Assembly (NCBI GenBank): GCA_959020415.1
Contig: CAUERX010000009.1
Coordinates: 497-32,496, forward strand
From: an uncultured bacterium
GTDB taxonomy: Bacteria > Bacillota_I > Bacilli_A > RF39 > UBA660
Direction of reading: 5' to 3'
DNA length: 32,000 nt
Shown: one piece after another, positions 1 through 9,304 of the stretch
How the letters are laid out: each line of letters begins with the position of its first letter
Numbering within the stretch: the first letter of the stretch is position 1
Translations under genes and position numbers: made by a program
Notes under the pieces: model-generated
What the model saw: the letters and a program-made list of their open reading frames with translations, nothing else
Databases searched by the model: none
Told to the model about the DNA's origin: nothing

Positions 1-1
1 A

Positions 2-181
2 TCTTTGTCACCGATTTATGATTCCACTGTGGGGGTGTTTGGAATTTATTCTAGTGGGCTTATTCATCATTTGCATCTTGCTGATTATACGCCAGAGACG
101 TTTCCTGTGGTTTATTTGAAATCTGATATATCATTATTGGGTGATGGGACAGTATCTAGTCCTTATACAATTATTTCATAA
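2..181 (+). CDS. 3' end of an upstream ORF (partial, product unknown)
   Basis: Frame 2 is open from the window edge to TAA at 179-181 (...GDGTVSSPYTIIS*). No recognisable motif. It is absent from the ORF track because the start lies outside the window. Confidence 0.4.
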   Translation, partial: SLSPIYDSTVGVFGIYSSGLIHHLHLADYTPETFPVVYLKSDISLLGDGTVSSPYTIIS

Positions 182-316
182 TTTATAAATTCCAATGAGA
201 ATAATCACTTTAGTGATTGTTCTAATGGAGTCTATAAAGGCTCTAACTAATATGCTTTTTGCTCTCTTCTCATACCTATAAAGTAAAAAGCATATTATTT
301 TTTTTTCGCATTTTTC

Positions 317-345
317 TTTACTTTGGTCATATAATTTGTTATAAT
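317..345 (+). promoter_or_regulatory. Sigma-A type promoter for the rpsF-ssb-rpsR operon
   Basis: TTTACT (317-322), 17-nt spacer, then extended -10 TGT-TATAAT (337-345), about 70 nt upstream of the rpsF ATG. Confidence 0.45.
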
Positions 346-416
346 CAGAGGCGAGTATTAATTTACTCCTTGCTTCTTTTTTGAGGAAGCCAATAAGACC
401 ATAAGGAGGTGTAATA

Positions 417-707
417 ATGAGAAAATATGAAATCATGTTTATTGTTAGACCAACATTAGGAGAAGATGAGGTTAAAAAAGTTGTTAAAGACTTTGGTAAT
501 ATCTTAACTACTAATGGTGCGAAAATAGTTAACGAAAAAGACATGGGTCAAAGAGAATTAGCTTATGAGATCAAAGATTTCAAAAGTGGTTACTACTATG
601 TTTACAACATCGAAGCTGGTGATGACAAAGCGATTAATGAATTTGATCGTTTAGCTTTAATCAGTAAAGATGTAATCCGTCACTTAATTACTAAAGAAGA
701 AGATTAA
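417..707 (+). CDS. rpsF: 30S ribosomal protein S6
   Basis: 96 aa starting MRKYEIMFIVRP...; GGAGG RBS upstream; canonical rpsF-ssb-rpsR gene order. Confidence 0.97.
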   Translation: MRKYEIMFIVRPTLGEDEVKKVVKDFGNILTTNGAKIVNEKDMGQRELAYEIKDFKSGYYYVYNIEAGDDKAINEFDRLALISKDVIRHLITKEED

Positions 708-724
708 GAAAAGAGGTACTATTT

Positions 725-1177
725 ATGAATAAGGTTTGTTTGGTTGGTAGATTAACCGCAAAACCAGAACTAAGATATACAGGTTCTAATGTTGCATATA
801 CTCGTTTTTCAGTAGCAATTAATAGAACTTTTAACAATGCTCAAGGACAAAGAGAAGCAGATTTCATTAATGTTATCGTTTGGAGAAGAGCAGCTGAAAA
901 TGTTGCTAATTATCTTGATAAAGGAAGTTTAGTTTCAATTGAAGGTAGAATTCAAACAGGAAGCTATACTGACAAGGACGGAAATAAAAGAACCTCTTTT
1001 GACGTGGTAGCTGATTCAGTTCAATTTTTGGACTCTAGAAAACAAGCAGAAGCTCGTTCTAGTGAATCAACTCCATATGACTATCAAGAAGCTCCAGCTA
1101 ATAATGTGAACATTGATGAAGATCCTTTTGCTGATTTTGGCGATAATGTATCTATAGACGATAACTTTTTAGATTAG
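725..1177 (+). CDS. ssb: Single-stranded DNA-binding protein
   Basis: OB-fold N-terminus [19 protein letters not shown]...[14 protein letters not shown] and an acidic C-terminal tail ([20 protein letters not shown]); located between rpsF and rpsR. Confidence 0.97.
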   Translation: MNKVCLVGRLTAKPELRYTGSNVAYTRFSVAINRTFNNAQGQREADFINVIVWRRAAENVANYLDKGSLVSIEGRIQTGSYTDKDGNKRTSFDVVADSVQFLDSRKQAEARSSESTPYDYQEAPANNVNIDEDPFADFGDNVSIDDNFLD

Positions 1178-1187
1178 GAGGATAACA

Positions 1188-1406
1188 ATGGCAGATTATC
1201 ATAGAAAAAAGAAAAAAATATGTCAAATGTGTGCTGGTAAATCAGTGGATTATAAAGATGTTGACATCGTAAAAAAATATATCAGTGCTGATAAAGGTAA
1301 AATTTTACCAAGAAGAATTACTGGTGCTTGTTCTAAACATCAAAGACATATTGCTAACGAAGTTAAAAAAGCTAGATTTATGGCTTTAATTCCATTCGTA
1401 AAATAA
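1188..1406 (+). CDS. rpsR: 30S ribosomal protein S18
   Basis: 72 aa with ...[60 protein letters not shown]. Confidence 0.97.
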   Translation: MADYHRKKKKICQMCAGKSVDYKDVDIVKKYISADKGKILPRRITGACSKHQRHIANEVKKARFMALIPFVK

Positions 1407-1427
1407 TCCAAATTGGATTATTTTTTT
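1403..1427 (+). terminator. Rho-independent terminator of the rpsF operon
   Basis: 7-bp stem ATAATCC/GGATTAT with a 5-nt loop, followed by T7; overlaps the rpsR stop codon. Confidence 0.7.
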
Positions 1428-1434
1428 GATCAAT

Positions 1435-1455
1435 AAAAAAGCTTCATATTGAAGC
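1435..1455 (-). terminator. Rho-independent terminator of the XRE regulator gene
   Basis: GCTTCA-TAT-TGAAGC hairpin preceded by A6 on the + strand (a T-run on the - strand), immediately 3' of the minus-strand stop at 1457. Confidence 0.6.
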
Positions 1456-1456
1456 G

Positions 1457-1696
1457 TTAAACATCTAATCTTTTAATTGATTCGGTTGTAAGTTCGGTAT
1501 TATCTTTTTTGTTTCTGAATACTATTTCATAATCGCAGTTTTCTGCAAATTTTTCAATTGTTTCAAATCGTGGATTACTGTAATTAGTTTCATAACCCGA
1601 TAATGTTGTTTGAGCTATATTAAGTTTTGCGGCTAGGTCGGATTGTTTTAATCCTTTGTTTAGCCTAATTACTTTTAATAGTTTACCGATCATCAT
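1457..1696 (-). CDS. XRE-family helix-turn-helix transcriptional regulator
   Basis: 79 aa; HTH_3 pattern IGKLLKVIRLNKGLKQSDLAAKLNIAQTTLSGYETN. Confidence 0.85.
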   Translation of the reverse strand: MMIGKLLKVIRLNKGLKQSDLAAKLNIAQTTLSGYETNYSNPRFETIEKFAENCDYEIVFRNKKDNTELTTESIKRLDV

Positions 1697-1855
1697 TTAA
1701 ACCACCTCGTTTTCATTATCACATTTCCCGTTATAAATTTCTTGGTTTAACGAAACTTTCGTATCAAAAAATGCAAAAAATAAAGCAGTAATTCTAGATT
1801 ACTGCTTCTTTATATATCTATAATAACATTTTTTTGTCGGTTTTAGGATATATTC

Positions 1856-1884
1856 TTAAAAATTTCATAAATAAGTGTTATAAT
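1856..1884 (+). promoter_or_regulatory. Sigma-A type promoter upstream of rpiB
   Basis: TTAAAA (1856-1861), 17-nt spacer, extended -10 TGT-TATAAT (1876-1884). Confidence 0.4.
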
Positions 1885-1910
1885 TAGATGGAAAATAAAG
1901 GAGGCCTAAT

Positions 1911-2528
1911 ATGGAAAAAAATGAAGATACAAAAGAATTAAATATTGAAGATATAGTTATTGATAAAGAAATAAAAGAAAATGAAGAAAAAAAATCAACT
2001 GACTTAAAAAATGAAGAAGCGCCTTTAGAACAAATTGTTAAAAATGATTATCAGGAAAAAACAATCGTTCAAATGAATCCTGTCTCAACTAATAAAATAG
2101 GAATTGCTTCAGATCATCGTGGATATAAAATGAAACAAAAACTTACAAAATATTTAAATAAAAAAGGTTATACTGTAGTAGACTATGGTGGTGAAGGATT
2201 ATCAGGCGATGATTATACTGAGTTTGGATTTAAGCTTGGTGAAGCGATTGGAAAGCATGAAGTTGAAAAAGGCATAGCCATTTGCGGAAGTGGTATCGGA
2301 ATAAGTATTGCTTGTAATAAAGTTAAAAATGTTAGATGTGCAAAAGTAGATAACACAAAGGAAGTTAAGTGGGCAAGACGTGATAATGACGCTAATGCTA
2401 TTGCAATATCTGGAAAAATGCCGGTATTTAGAGCTAAAGATATTGTTGATGTATTTTTAAATCATTCATTTAATGGAGCTGAAAGATATCAAAGAAGAAT
2501 CGATCAGCTTAATAATTACAAGGTTTAA
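1911..2528 (+). CDS. rpiB: Ribose-5-phosphate isomerase B (RpiB/LacA/LacB family) with an acidic N-terminal extension of about 55 aa
   Basis: Core IGIASDHRGYKMKQKL...GIAICGSGIGISIACNKVKNVRCA...ARRDNDANAIAISG. Strong AAGGAGG RBS 7 nt before ATG 1911; the internal ATG at 2073 has no good RBS. Confidence 0.85.
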   Translation: MEKNEDTKELNIEDIVIDKEIKENEEKKSTDLKNEEAPLEQIVKNDYQEKTIVQMNPVSTNKIGIASDHRGYKMKQKLTKYLNKKGYTVVDYGGEGLSGDDYTEFGFKLGEAIGKHEVEKGIAICGSGIGISIACNKVKNVRCAKVDNTKEVKWARRDNDANAIAISGKMPVFRAKDIVDVFLNHSFNGAERYQRRIDQLNNYKV

Positions 2529-2530
2529 TT

Positions 2531-2731
2531 ATGTTATTAAAATCAATCTTATATATAATTTTTACCTTTGTTGCTATATGGGCATTGGATAGCGTTAATA
2601 TTACAAATGTTTTTAAGAAGAATAAAATCTATGCAGCACGAGTATTATATTTAATGATAAGTATATCATTATCGTATTTAGTTGTAAATTTCTTATATGA
2701 TTTTTTTACATACTCAAATATCATTAATTAG
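2531..2731 (+). CDS. Small integral membrane protein, DUF1146 (YwzB-like)
   Basis: 66 aa with two hydrophobic helices. The pattern ...IWALDSVNITNVFKKNKIYAARVLYL...VVNFLYDFF resembles B. subtilis YwzB, which also lies near spoIID. Confidence 0.65.
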   Translation: MLLKSILYIIFTFVAIWALDSVNITNVFKKNKIYAARVLYLMISISLSYLVVNFLYDFFTYSNIIN

Positions 2732-2745
2732 AAAGGAACTTTGCA

Positions 2746-3657
2746 ATGAAAAAAATACTCTTGGTTACTTTGTTAGTAATTTTAGTGCCGTTTTTAGTTG
2801 TTAGTTTATTTGTTAGAACCGACGAGATAAAATTTCACTATATGTCTAATAAAGTGATTAGAGTAAAAGACGTTAATAAAAACGAAACGTTGAAGGTTCC
2901 ATTTGAAGAATATATTAAAGGTGTACTAGCTGGTGAAATGCCAACTAGTTTTGAGCTTGAGGCTTTAAAAGCCCAAGCAGTGGCCGCTCGAAGTTATGTT
3001 TTGTATCAAGTTTCAAAAAATAAGGATAAAGATTATGATGTTGTAAATACAACTGATAATCAGGTTTATTTAACAGACGAAGATTTAAAAAGTAAATGGA
3101 AAGATGACTACACTAGCAAAATTAATAAAGTTAAAAAAGCAGTTTCAGAAACAAAAGGGGAGTATCTTAGTTATAATGGTGAAATTGTTGAAGCTTTGTT
3201 TTTTTCTACTAGCACTGGAAAAACTGAAAATAGTGAAGAAGTTTTTTCATCAAAAGTTCCTTATTTAAGGAGTGTTTCTAGTTCATGGGATGAGGCTTCT
3301 CCAGTTTATCAGGATACAGCAACATTTAATTTAAATGATTTTTATCAAAAATTAGGACTTCAATATAATGATAAAATAACAGCTGAAGTACTTGAAACAA
3401 CTAGTACAGGTCGTGTTAAAAAAATTAAAATAAATGGAGTAGAGTTAAATGGTCGTGATGTTGCTACTAAGTTAAAGCTTCGTTCTAATTATTTTAGTAT
3501 TGTTCAAAACGATAAAAATGTAACAATTACTACTAAAGGATTTGGTCATGGTGTTGGCATGAGCCAATATGGTGCTTTAGGAATGGCTAAAGAAGGATAT
3601 AAATATGATAAAATTTTAAAACATTATTATCAAGGAACAGAAATTAAAAAAATTTAG
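2746..3657 (+). CDS. spoIID: Stage II sporulation protein D (lytic transglycosylase)
   Basis: N-terminal TM segment, ALKAQAVAARSY, and GFGHGVGMSQYGA near the C-terminus; synteny with the spoIIQ-like gene and spoIIID. Confidence 0.9.
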   Translation: MKKILLVTLLVILVPFLVVSLFVRTDEIKFHYMSNKVIRVKDVNKNETLKVPFEEYIKGVLAGEMPTSFELEALKAQAVAARSYVLYQVSKNKDKDYDVVNTTDNQVYLTDEDLKSKWKDDYTSKINKVKKAVSETKGEYLSYNGEIVEALFFSTSTGKTENSEEVFSSKVPYLRSVSSSWDEASPVYQDTATFNLNDFYQKLGLQYNDKITAEVLETTSTGRVKKIKINGVELNGRDVATKLKLRSNYFSIVQNDKNVTITTKGFGHGVGMSQYGALGMAKEGYKYDKILKHYYQGTEIKKI

Positions 3658-3703
3658 TATAATTTTGCCTCATACGTGCCAAAATGATAGTAGAGGTGAA
3701 ATT

Positions 3704-4342
3704 ATGAAGAAAATAGAATTGAAAAAGCCAGCTATATATGGAATATATGCTGGAGTATGTGCAATATTGCTTGCAGCACTTTATTATGTTGATTTCTCGA
3801 ACTCAAAGTTAGACAGCAACGTCAAGGATGAGGATTATCAATATGTTTCAAGATTATTTGGTAGTGATGAAGTGCCAGTAGTTAGTACTGAAACAACAAT
3901 AATGCGTCCATACACTGATTCGAATGTTAAAGTTGTTCAAAGCTTTTATGATTATAAGGGAACTGAAGCAGAACAAGAAAAATCAATAATTAATTATGAA
4001 CAGACTTACATTCAAAACAATGGTGTAGCTTACGGCGGCGTTGATGGTGGATTCGATGTAATGGCTTCTTTACCAGGGACAGTTACTAGCGTTAAAGAAG
4101 ATAAACTTTTAGGTACTATTGTTGAAATTCAAAACTCTGATAAAGTCGTAATGATTTATCAAGGGTTAACTGGAATTTCAGTGAAACAAAATGATAAAGT
4201 AAATCAAGGAGATATTCTTGGTAAAAGTGGCGAGACAAATATTAATAAAGATTTAGGTAGTCATGTTGTGTTTGAACTTAAAGTTAATAATGCATATGTT
4301 AACCCAGAAGAATACTATGATAAAAATGTTAATGACTTATAA
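3704..4342 (+). CDS. spoIIQ: SpoIIQ-like membrane protein with an M23/LytM-type peptidase domain
   Basis: ATG 3704 preceded by AGAGGTGA; the track's upstream TTG start has no RBS. N-terminal TM segment, then LytM-like ...PGTVTSVKEDKLLGTIVEIQNSD...GDILGKSG...GSHVVFEL. The order spoIID / M23 protein / spoIIID matches clostridial spoIIQ loci. Confidence 0.7.
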   Translation: MKKIELKKPAIYGIYAGVCAILLAALYYVDFSNSKLDSNVKDEDYQYVSRLFGSDEVPVVSTETTIMRPYTDSNVKVVQSFYDYKGTEAEQEKSIINYEQTYIQNNGVAYGGVDGGFDVMASLPGTVTSVKEDKLLGTIVEIQNSDKVVMIYQGLTGISVKQNDKVNQGDILGKSGETNINKDLGSHVVFELKVNNAYVNPEEYYDKNVNDL

Positions 4343-4360
4343 GAGCTTAAAGCTCTTTTT
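4342..4360 (+). terminator. Rho-independent terminator after the spoIIQ-like gene
   Basis: AGAGC-TTAAA-GCTCT hairpin followed by a T-run. Confidence 0.55.
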
Positions 4361-4548
4361 AGTTATGATGTAATTTAAAAAGTGAATTAACTGTAATCCT
4401 GATAAGTAATAAAATTTAGTAAAAGGTTAGTAATTTTACTTGTGTATAAATAGCGATGCTTTAAATTTGATTTTAATTATTAAAAAAAGTGTTTTGTTTG
4501 GTCTAAAAAAATTGCCTATTTATATAATTTAATAAAGGGGCGATAGGT

Positions 4549-4803
4549 TTGGGTAATGATATTGTTAAAAGGGTTATCGATGAAGCAGAATATATGGTGA
4601 AAACGGAAAAAACTTTAAGGGAAATTGCCAAGGTTTTTAAGGTTTCAAAAAGTACTGTTCATAAAGATTTAAAAGATAGACTTAAAATCATTGATAAAAC
4701 TTTATATGAAAAAACACAAAAAATTTTAAAATATCATATAGATATTAGACATATTAAAGGTGGAGAATCGACAAAAAAAAAGTACTTAAATTTAGCCAAT
4801 TAG
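4549..4803 (+). CDS. spoIIID: Stage III sporulation protein D (mother-cell transcription factor)
   Basis: 84 aa, TTG start after AAGGGG. Contains ...LREIAKVFKVSKSTVHKDL...HIDIRHIKGGESTKKKY. Followed directly by mbl, as in B. subtilis. Confidence 0.9.
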   Translation: MGNDIVKRVIDEAEYMVKTEKTLREIAKVFKVSKSTVHKDLKDRLKIIDKTLYEKTQKILKYHIDIRHIKGGESTKKKYLNLAN

Positions 4804-4858
4804 CCTATTAAAACCTAGTATCATGTGGTATAATATTAGGGTAGAAAAAGGTGATAGA

Positions 4859-5866
4859 ATGTTTTCGAAAGATATTGGAATAGATTTAGGAACAGCAAAC
4901 GTATTAATTTATATTAAAAGCCAAGGGATTGTTTTAAATGAACCAAGTGTTGTGGCTATCGACGCAGATACAAAAAGACCTCTTGCAGTAGGAACAGAGG
5001 CAAGAGAAATGCTTGGAAGAACGCCAGGGAAAGTAAAAGCAATTAGACCAATGAAAGATGGTGTAATTGCTGATTTTGAAATTACAGAAATAATGCTTAA
5101 TCATTTTATCAGAAAAGTTAATGGTCGTAGTTTTTTTGCTCGTCCAAGAATTTTAATTTGCTGTCCATCAAATATTACTCAAGTTGAAAAAAATGCTATA
5201 AAGGAAGCTGCCGAAAGAACAGGGGCTCGTAAAGTGTTTATTGAGGAAGAACCAAAAGTTGCAGCTATTGGAGCAGGTATGGATATTTCTAAGCCAAGTG
5301 GAAATATGGTAATCGATATTGGTGGTGGTACTACAGATATTGCTATTTTATCTTTGGGCGGAATTGTTACTTCTTCATCAATTAAAATTGCGGGAAATGT
5401 TTTTGATAGCGATATTATGAAATACATTAAAGATAAATATAAATTATTAATTGGTGATAGAACGGCTGAGGATATTAAATTTACAATCGGTACTGTTTTT
5501 CCAGGTTCACTGAATGAAAAAATGGAAGTTAGAGGGCGTGATTTAGTTACTGGTTTACCACATACAGTAACTGTTACTTCTGACGAAGTTGAAGAAGCTT
5601 TACGTGAAAGTGTTTATACAATAATAAATACAGCGAAAGCAGTTTTGGAACAAACTCCTCCAGAGTTATCTGCTGATATTGTTGATAAGGGGATTGTTGT
5701 AACTGGTGGTGGAGCTTTATTAAATGGCTTTGATCAGTTGCTGGCACATGAACTTAAAGTTCCTGTTTTTGTAGCAGAAAGTCCACTTACTTGTGTAGTG
5801 GAAGGTACGGGTGTTCTTTTAGATAATATTAACTTGATTGATAATAATAATAGTTTAAATTATTAA
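4859..5866 (+). CDS. mbl: Rod-shape-determining actin homologue MreB/Mbl
   Basis: ATG 4859 after AAGGTGA. Contains MFSKDIGIDLGTANV...DIGGGTTDIA...VVTGGGALL. The extended -10 TGG-TATAAT at 4825-4833 argues against the longer track start at 4823. Confidence 0.93.
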   Translation: MFSKDIGIDLGTANVLIYIKSQGIVLNEPSVVAIDADTKRPLAVGTEAREMLGRTPGKVKAIRPMKDGVIADFEITEIMLNHFIRKVNGRSFFARPRILICCPSNITQVEKNAIKEAAERTGARKVFIEEEPKVAAIGAGMDISKPSGNMVIDIGGGTTDIAILSLGGIVTSSSIKIAGNVFDSDIMKYIKDKYKLLIGDRTAEDIKFTIGTVFPGSLNEKMEVRGRDLVTGLPHTVTVTSDEVEEALRESVYTIINTAKAVLEQTPPELSADIVDKGIVVTGGGALLNGFDQLLAHELKVPVFVAESPLTCVVEGTGVLLDNINLIDNNNSLNY

Positions 5867-5903
5867 AAAAAGGGTATGATATTACCAGAATGGAGAGAAT
5901 AAA

Positions 5904-7313
5904 ATGGAAAAAACAAAAGGCGAAGAATTAAAGGAAAAACTATTTAATAAAAGTAAAAGTGGTTTTGCAGTAATTACTGAGGAAGAAAAACAAACTATAT
6001 TTAGTTTTAGTGATGAATATCTTAAATTTTTAAATTCATGTAAAACAGAAAGAGAATGTGCTTCTTTTGCTGAGGATTATTTAAAACAAAATGGTTTTGT
6101 GAATATTGAAAATAAAACCGATTTAGTTCCAGGTGATAAAGTTTATTTTATTAATCATAAAAAGGCTGTTTATGCAGCAGTAATTGGTTCTTCACTATTG
6201 GAAGAAGGTCTTAATTTTGTTGGGGCGCATATTGATTCGCCAAGATTAGACTTAAAGCCTAATCCATTATATGAAGACGGAGGTTTTGCTTTATTTAAAA
6301 CTCACTATTATGGTGGAATAAAGAAATATCAATGGACAACAATTCCTTTAGCCATTCATGGAGTGATTGCTAAACCGGGAGGGGAAGTTATAAATATTAA
6401 TATTGGTGAAGATGAAAGTGATCCAATATTTACAATTACTGATTTACTTCCGCATTTAGCAGCAGAACAGCAAAAGAAAAGTTTAGCTAATGGTATTGCA
6501 GGTGAGGATTTAAATTTATTAATTGGTAGTATTCCTTATGACGATGAAAAAGTGTCTGAAAAGATCAAATTGAATATTTTAAACATTTTAAATATGAAAT
6601 ATGGAATTGTAGAAAAAGATTTTATAAGTGCTGAATTAGAAATAGTTCCAGCGTTTAGAGCACGCAGTTTAGGCTTTGATAGTAGCATGATTGCAGCATA
6701 TGGGCAAGACGATAGATCTTGTGCTTATACTGCTTTAAGAGCACTGTCTATAATAAAAGAGGTCAAGAAAACAGCAGTTATGATTTTATCTGATAAAGAA
6801 GAAGTTGGAAGTATGGGTAATACTGGAATGGAATCACATATTTTTGAGGTGTTTGTGGCTGAACTTTTAAATAAATCTGGTCAAAACGGTTATAATACTT
6901 TAGATAAAACTTTGAGTAATTCAAAGATGCTTTCTGCCGATGTTACTTCTGGTAGTGATCCAACATATGCTTCTGTTGACGAAAAGAATAATGCCGCTTA
7001 TTTAGGTAAGGGTATTGCATTAGCTAAATATACGGGTGCTCGTGGTAAGAGTGGTGCTAGTGATGCAAATGCCGAATTTGTTGCTTATGTTAGAAATATT
7101 TTAGAAAGTAATAATTTACTTTATCAAATGTCTGATATGGGAAAAGTTGATGAAGGTGGCGGTGGAACGATTGCTTATATTTTGGCAAATAAAGGAATCG
7201 ATGTTATCGATTGTGGCGTTCCAGTTTTATCAATGCATGCTCCTTATGAAGTTACTAATAAATTTGATATTTATAATGCCTATCAATTTTATAAAGCATT
7301 TTATGAAAATTAG
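5904..7313 (+). CDS. M18-family aminopeptidase
   Basis: 469 aa with GAHIDSPRLDLKPNPLYED...FKTHYYGGIKKYQW...SDKEEVGS...LSMHAPYE. Confidence 0.85.
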   Translation: MEKTKGEELKEKLFNKSKSGFAVITEEEKQTIFSFSDEYLKFLNSCKTERECASFAEDYLKQNGFVNIENKTDLVPGDKVYFINHKKAVYAAVIGSSLLEEGLNFVGAHIDSPRLDLKPNPLYEDGGFALFKTHYYGGIKKYQWTTIPLAIHGVIAKPGGEVININIGEDESDPIFTITDLLPHLAAEQQKKSLANGIAGEDLNLLIGSIPYDDEKVSEKIKLNILNILNMKYGIVEKDFISAELEIVPAFRARSLGFDSSMIAAYGQDDRSCAYTALRALSIIKEVKKTAVMILSDKEEVGSMGNTGMESHIFEVFVAELLNKSGQNGYNTLDKTLSNSKMLSADVTSGSDPTYASVDEKNNAAYLGKGIALAKYTGARGKSGASDANAEFVAYVRNILESNNLLYQMSDMGKVDEGGGGTIAYILANKGIDVIDCGVPVLSMHAPYEVTNKFDIYNAYQFYKAFYEN

Positions 7314-7331
7314 AGCGAGAGCTCTTTTTTT
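7312..7331 (+). terminator. Rho-independent terminator after the aminopeptidase gene
   Basis: AGAGC-GAGA-GCTCT hairpin followed by T7. Confidence 0.7.
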
Positions 7332-7409
7332 AAATAAAATTTTGAAAATTTTGTCATAAATAGATTTATTTTGTGAAATATGGTAAAATTAATAACAGAG
7401 GTGAGTTTC

Positions 7410-8486
7410 ATGGGGGAAGAAGCAATTACAAGAATCTTTTTAATGATTATAACAACATTTTTATTTGTAGCTTTTGCAATGCCTTTTGTAAAAAAGTTGG
7501 CTTTTCATATCGGGGCACTAGATATACCAAGATCTGAAGAAGGACATAGACACATTCATAAAAAAACAACACCAAAACTTGGCGGGTTGGCAATGTTTTT
7601 GGGCTTTTTGTTTAGCTATATGATTTTTGGTGAGCCTAGTGGGACGATGAATTCAATTTTAATTGGTAGTTTTATAATTGTACTTACGGGAATAATTGAC
7701 GATATTCATTCAATAAAGGCTTCAGTTAAATTTGCTGGTCAAGTGATGGCAGCGGCTGTAATAACATTTTATGGTGGAATACTATTACAAGATTTAAGCG
7801 CTTTCGGATTTTATGTCGACTTTGGAATACTTGCTTATCCAATAACAATTTTCTTTATAGTAGCTTGTATTAACTGTGTTAATTTGATCGATGGCTTAGA
7901 TGGTTTATCTGGAGGAATTAGTGCGATTTACTTTTTAACAATCGGTATTATTGCGGCTATTATGGGAAGCATGGGACTCGATGTTACATTAACATTTATA
8001 ATGTTTGGAGCAGTATTAGGATTTTTAGTTCATAATTTTCACCCGGCGACAATATTTGCTGGTGATTCAGGTTCTATGTTTATGGGATTTATGATTGCAG
8101 TTATTTCTTTATTAGGATTTAAAAATGTAACATTAACTTCATTAATAATTCCTCTTCTTATTTTAGCTATTCCAATTTTAGATACCTTCTTTGCTATTTT
8201 AAGAAGAAAATTAAAGGGCGAGAGTATTTCAACTCCCGACAAATCACATATTCATCATCAAATATTAAATATGCATTTTTCTTATAGAACATCAGTATTA
8301 ATAATTTATGGTATTCAAGGTTTGTTTGCGATTGCATCAATTGTATATGTGTTACAAGATAGAACTCTTGGTTATATTATATATACAATTTTAGTAATTA
8401 TAGTAATGCTTTTGGTTTTAAAAACGGATGTTGTATTTAACCATGAAGATTTAGAAAAAAAATTAAAAAAAGGATCAAAAAAATAA
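7410..8486 (+). CDS. Glycosyltransferase family 4 polyprenyl-phosphate HexNAc-1-phosphate transferase (WecA/TagO/MraY family)
   Basis: ATG 7410 after AGAGGTGA. Polytopic membrane protein with IIDDIHSI, NLIDGLDGL and FAGDSGSMFMGF motifs. Confidence 0.85.
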   Translation: MGEEAITRIFLMIITTFLFVAFAMPFVKKLAFHIGALDIPRSEEGHRHIHKKTTPKLGGLAMFLGFLFSYMIFGEPSGTMNSILIGSFIIVLTGIIDDIHSIKASVKFAGQVMAAAVITFYGGILLQDLSAFGFYVDFGILAYPITIFFIVACINCVNLIDGLDGLSGGISAIYFLTIGIIAAIMGSMGLDVTLTFIMFGAVLGFLVHNFHPATIFAGDSGSMFMGFMIAVISLLGFKNVTLTSLIIPLLILAIPILDTFFAILRRKLKGESISTPDKSHIHHQILNMHFSYRTSVLIIYGIQGLFAIASIVYVLQDRTLGYIIYTILVIIVMLLVLKTDVVFNHEDLEKKLKKGSKK

Positions 8487-8511
8487 TTATGCATAATGCA
8501 TAATTTTTTTT
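8487..8511 (+). terminator. Rho-independent terminator
   Basis: TTATGCA-TAA-TGCATAA hairpin followed by T8. Confidence 0.7.
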
Positions 8512-8540
8512 ATTTAATTCATAATAAAAATGGTGATTTT

Positions 8541-9260
8541 ATGGGAACAAACTGGATAGAAGTTGGCGATGTGGTAATAAGAGCGATAGTTTCTTTGGTT
8601 ACTTTATTTTTAGTAACTAAGCTACTTGGAAAAAAACAAGTGTCGCAGCTTAGCTTATTCGATTATGTAATTGGAATATCAATTGGTAACTTTGCGGCAG
8701 AAATGACAATTAATGTCGATTCACAGTATATGAATGGAACGGTTGCAGTTTTAGTTTTTGGGTTAGTAGCTTATATGGTTTCTTTACTAACGATGAAGAG
8801 CATTCATTTAAGACGTTTTTTTATGGGGAAACCGACCTTATTAATTCAAGATGGTAAGATGTTGATGAAGGGTTTAAAAAAAGTGAAACTTGATGTTAAT
8901 GATATGCTTGAAGAATGTCGTGGTAATGGCTATTTTGATATTAGCGAAATTGCTTATGCGGTTATGGAAGCTAATGGTAAAATTAGTATTTTGCCTAAAA
9001 GTGAATATAGACAGCCAACTTTAAAAGATTTAAATATAAAAGGTCAAAGGTCAGGATTATGTGCGAACGTAATTATCGACGGGAAATTAATGCAGGATGC
9101 AATAAATAATATGCATGTTGATGAGGATTGGATTTTACATGAATTAAAAATTCAAGGTAAGAAAATCGATAATGTATTGCTGGGCACTTTGGATGATAAC
9201 CAGAAACTAGTAGTTTACGAAAAAAATGTCAATCAAGAAATAGAAGATGTTTTAGAATAG
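8541..9260 (+). CDS. DUF421 (YetF-like) membrane protein
   Basis: ATG 8541 after GGTGA; the track start 8496 lies inside the upstream terminator. Contains LGKKQVSQLSLFDYVIGISIGN...GKPTLLIQDGKML...ANGKISILPK. Confidence 0.8.
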   Translation: MGTNWIEVGDVVIRAIVSLVTLFLVTKLLGKKQVSQLSLFDYVIGISIGNFAAEMTINVDSQYMNGTVAVLVFGLVAYMVSLLTMKSIHLRRFFMGKPTLLIQDGKMLMKGLKKVKLDVNDMLEECRGNGYFDISEIAYAVMEANGKISILPKSEYRQPTLKDLNIKGQRSGLCANVIIDGKLMQDAINNMHVDEDWILHELKIQGKKIDNVLLGTLDDNQKLVVYEKNVNQEIEDVLE

Positions 9261-9304
9261 ACAACAATATTAGTTATTTGTTATACTAAATATTGGTGAT
9301 AGAT

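Noticed and set aside
3657-3703. Sigma-F/sigma-G or sigma-E sporulation promoters upstream of spoIIQ-like, spoIIID and cotJ (also looked at 4380-4548 and 17480-17580)
   Set aside because: Partial matches exist, for example GTATA...CATACG and CATAACCT. However, spacing and consensus agreement were too poor to call without a scoring matrix or experimental TSS data.
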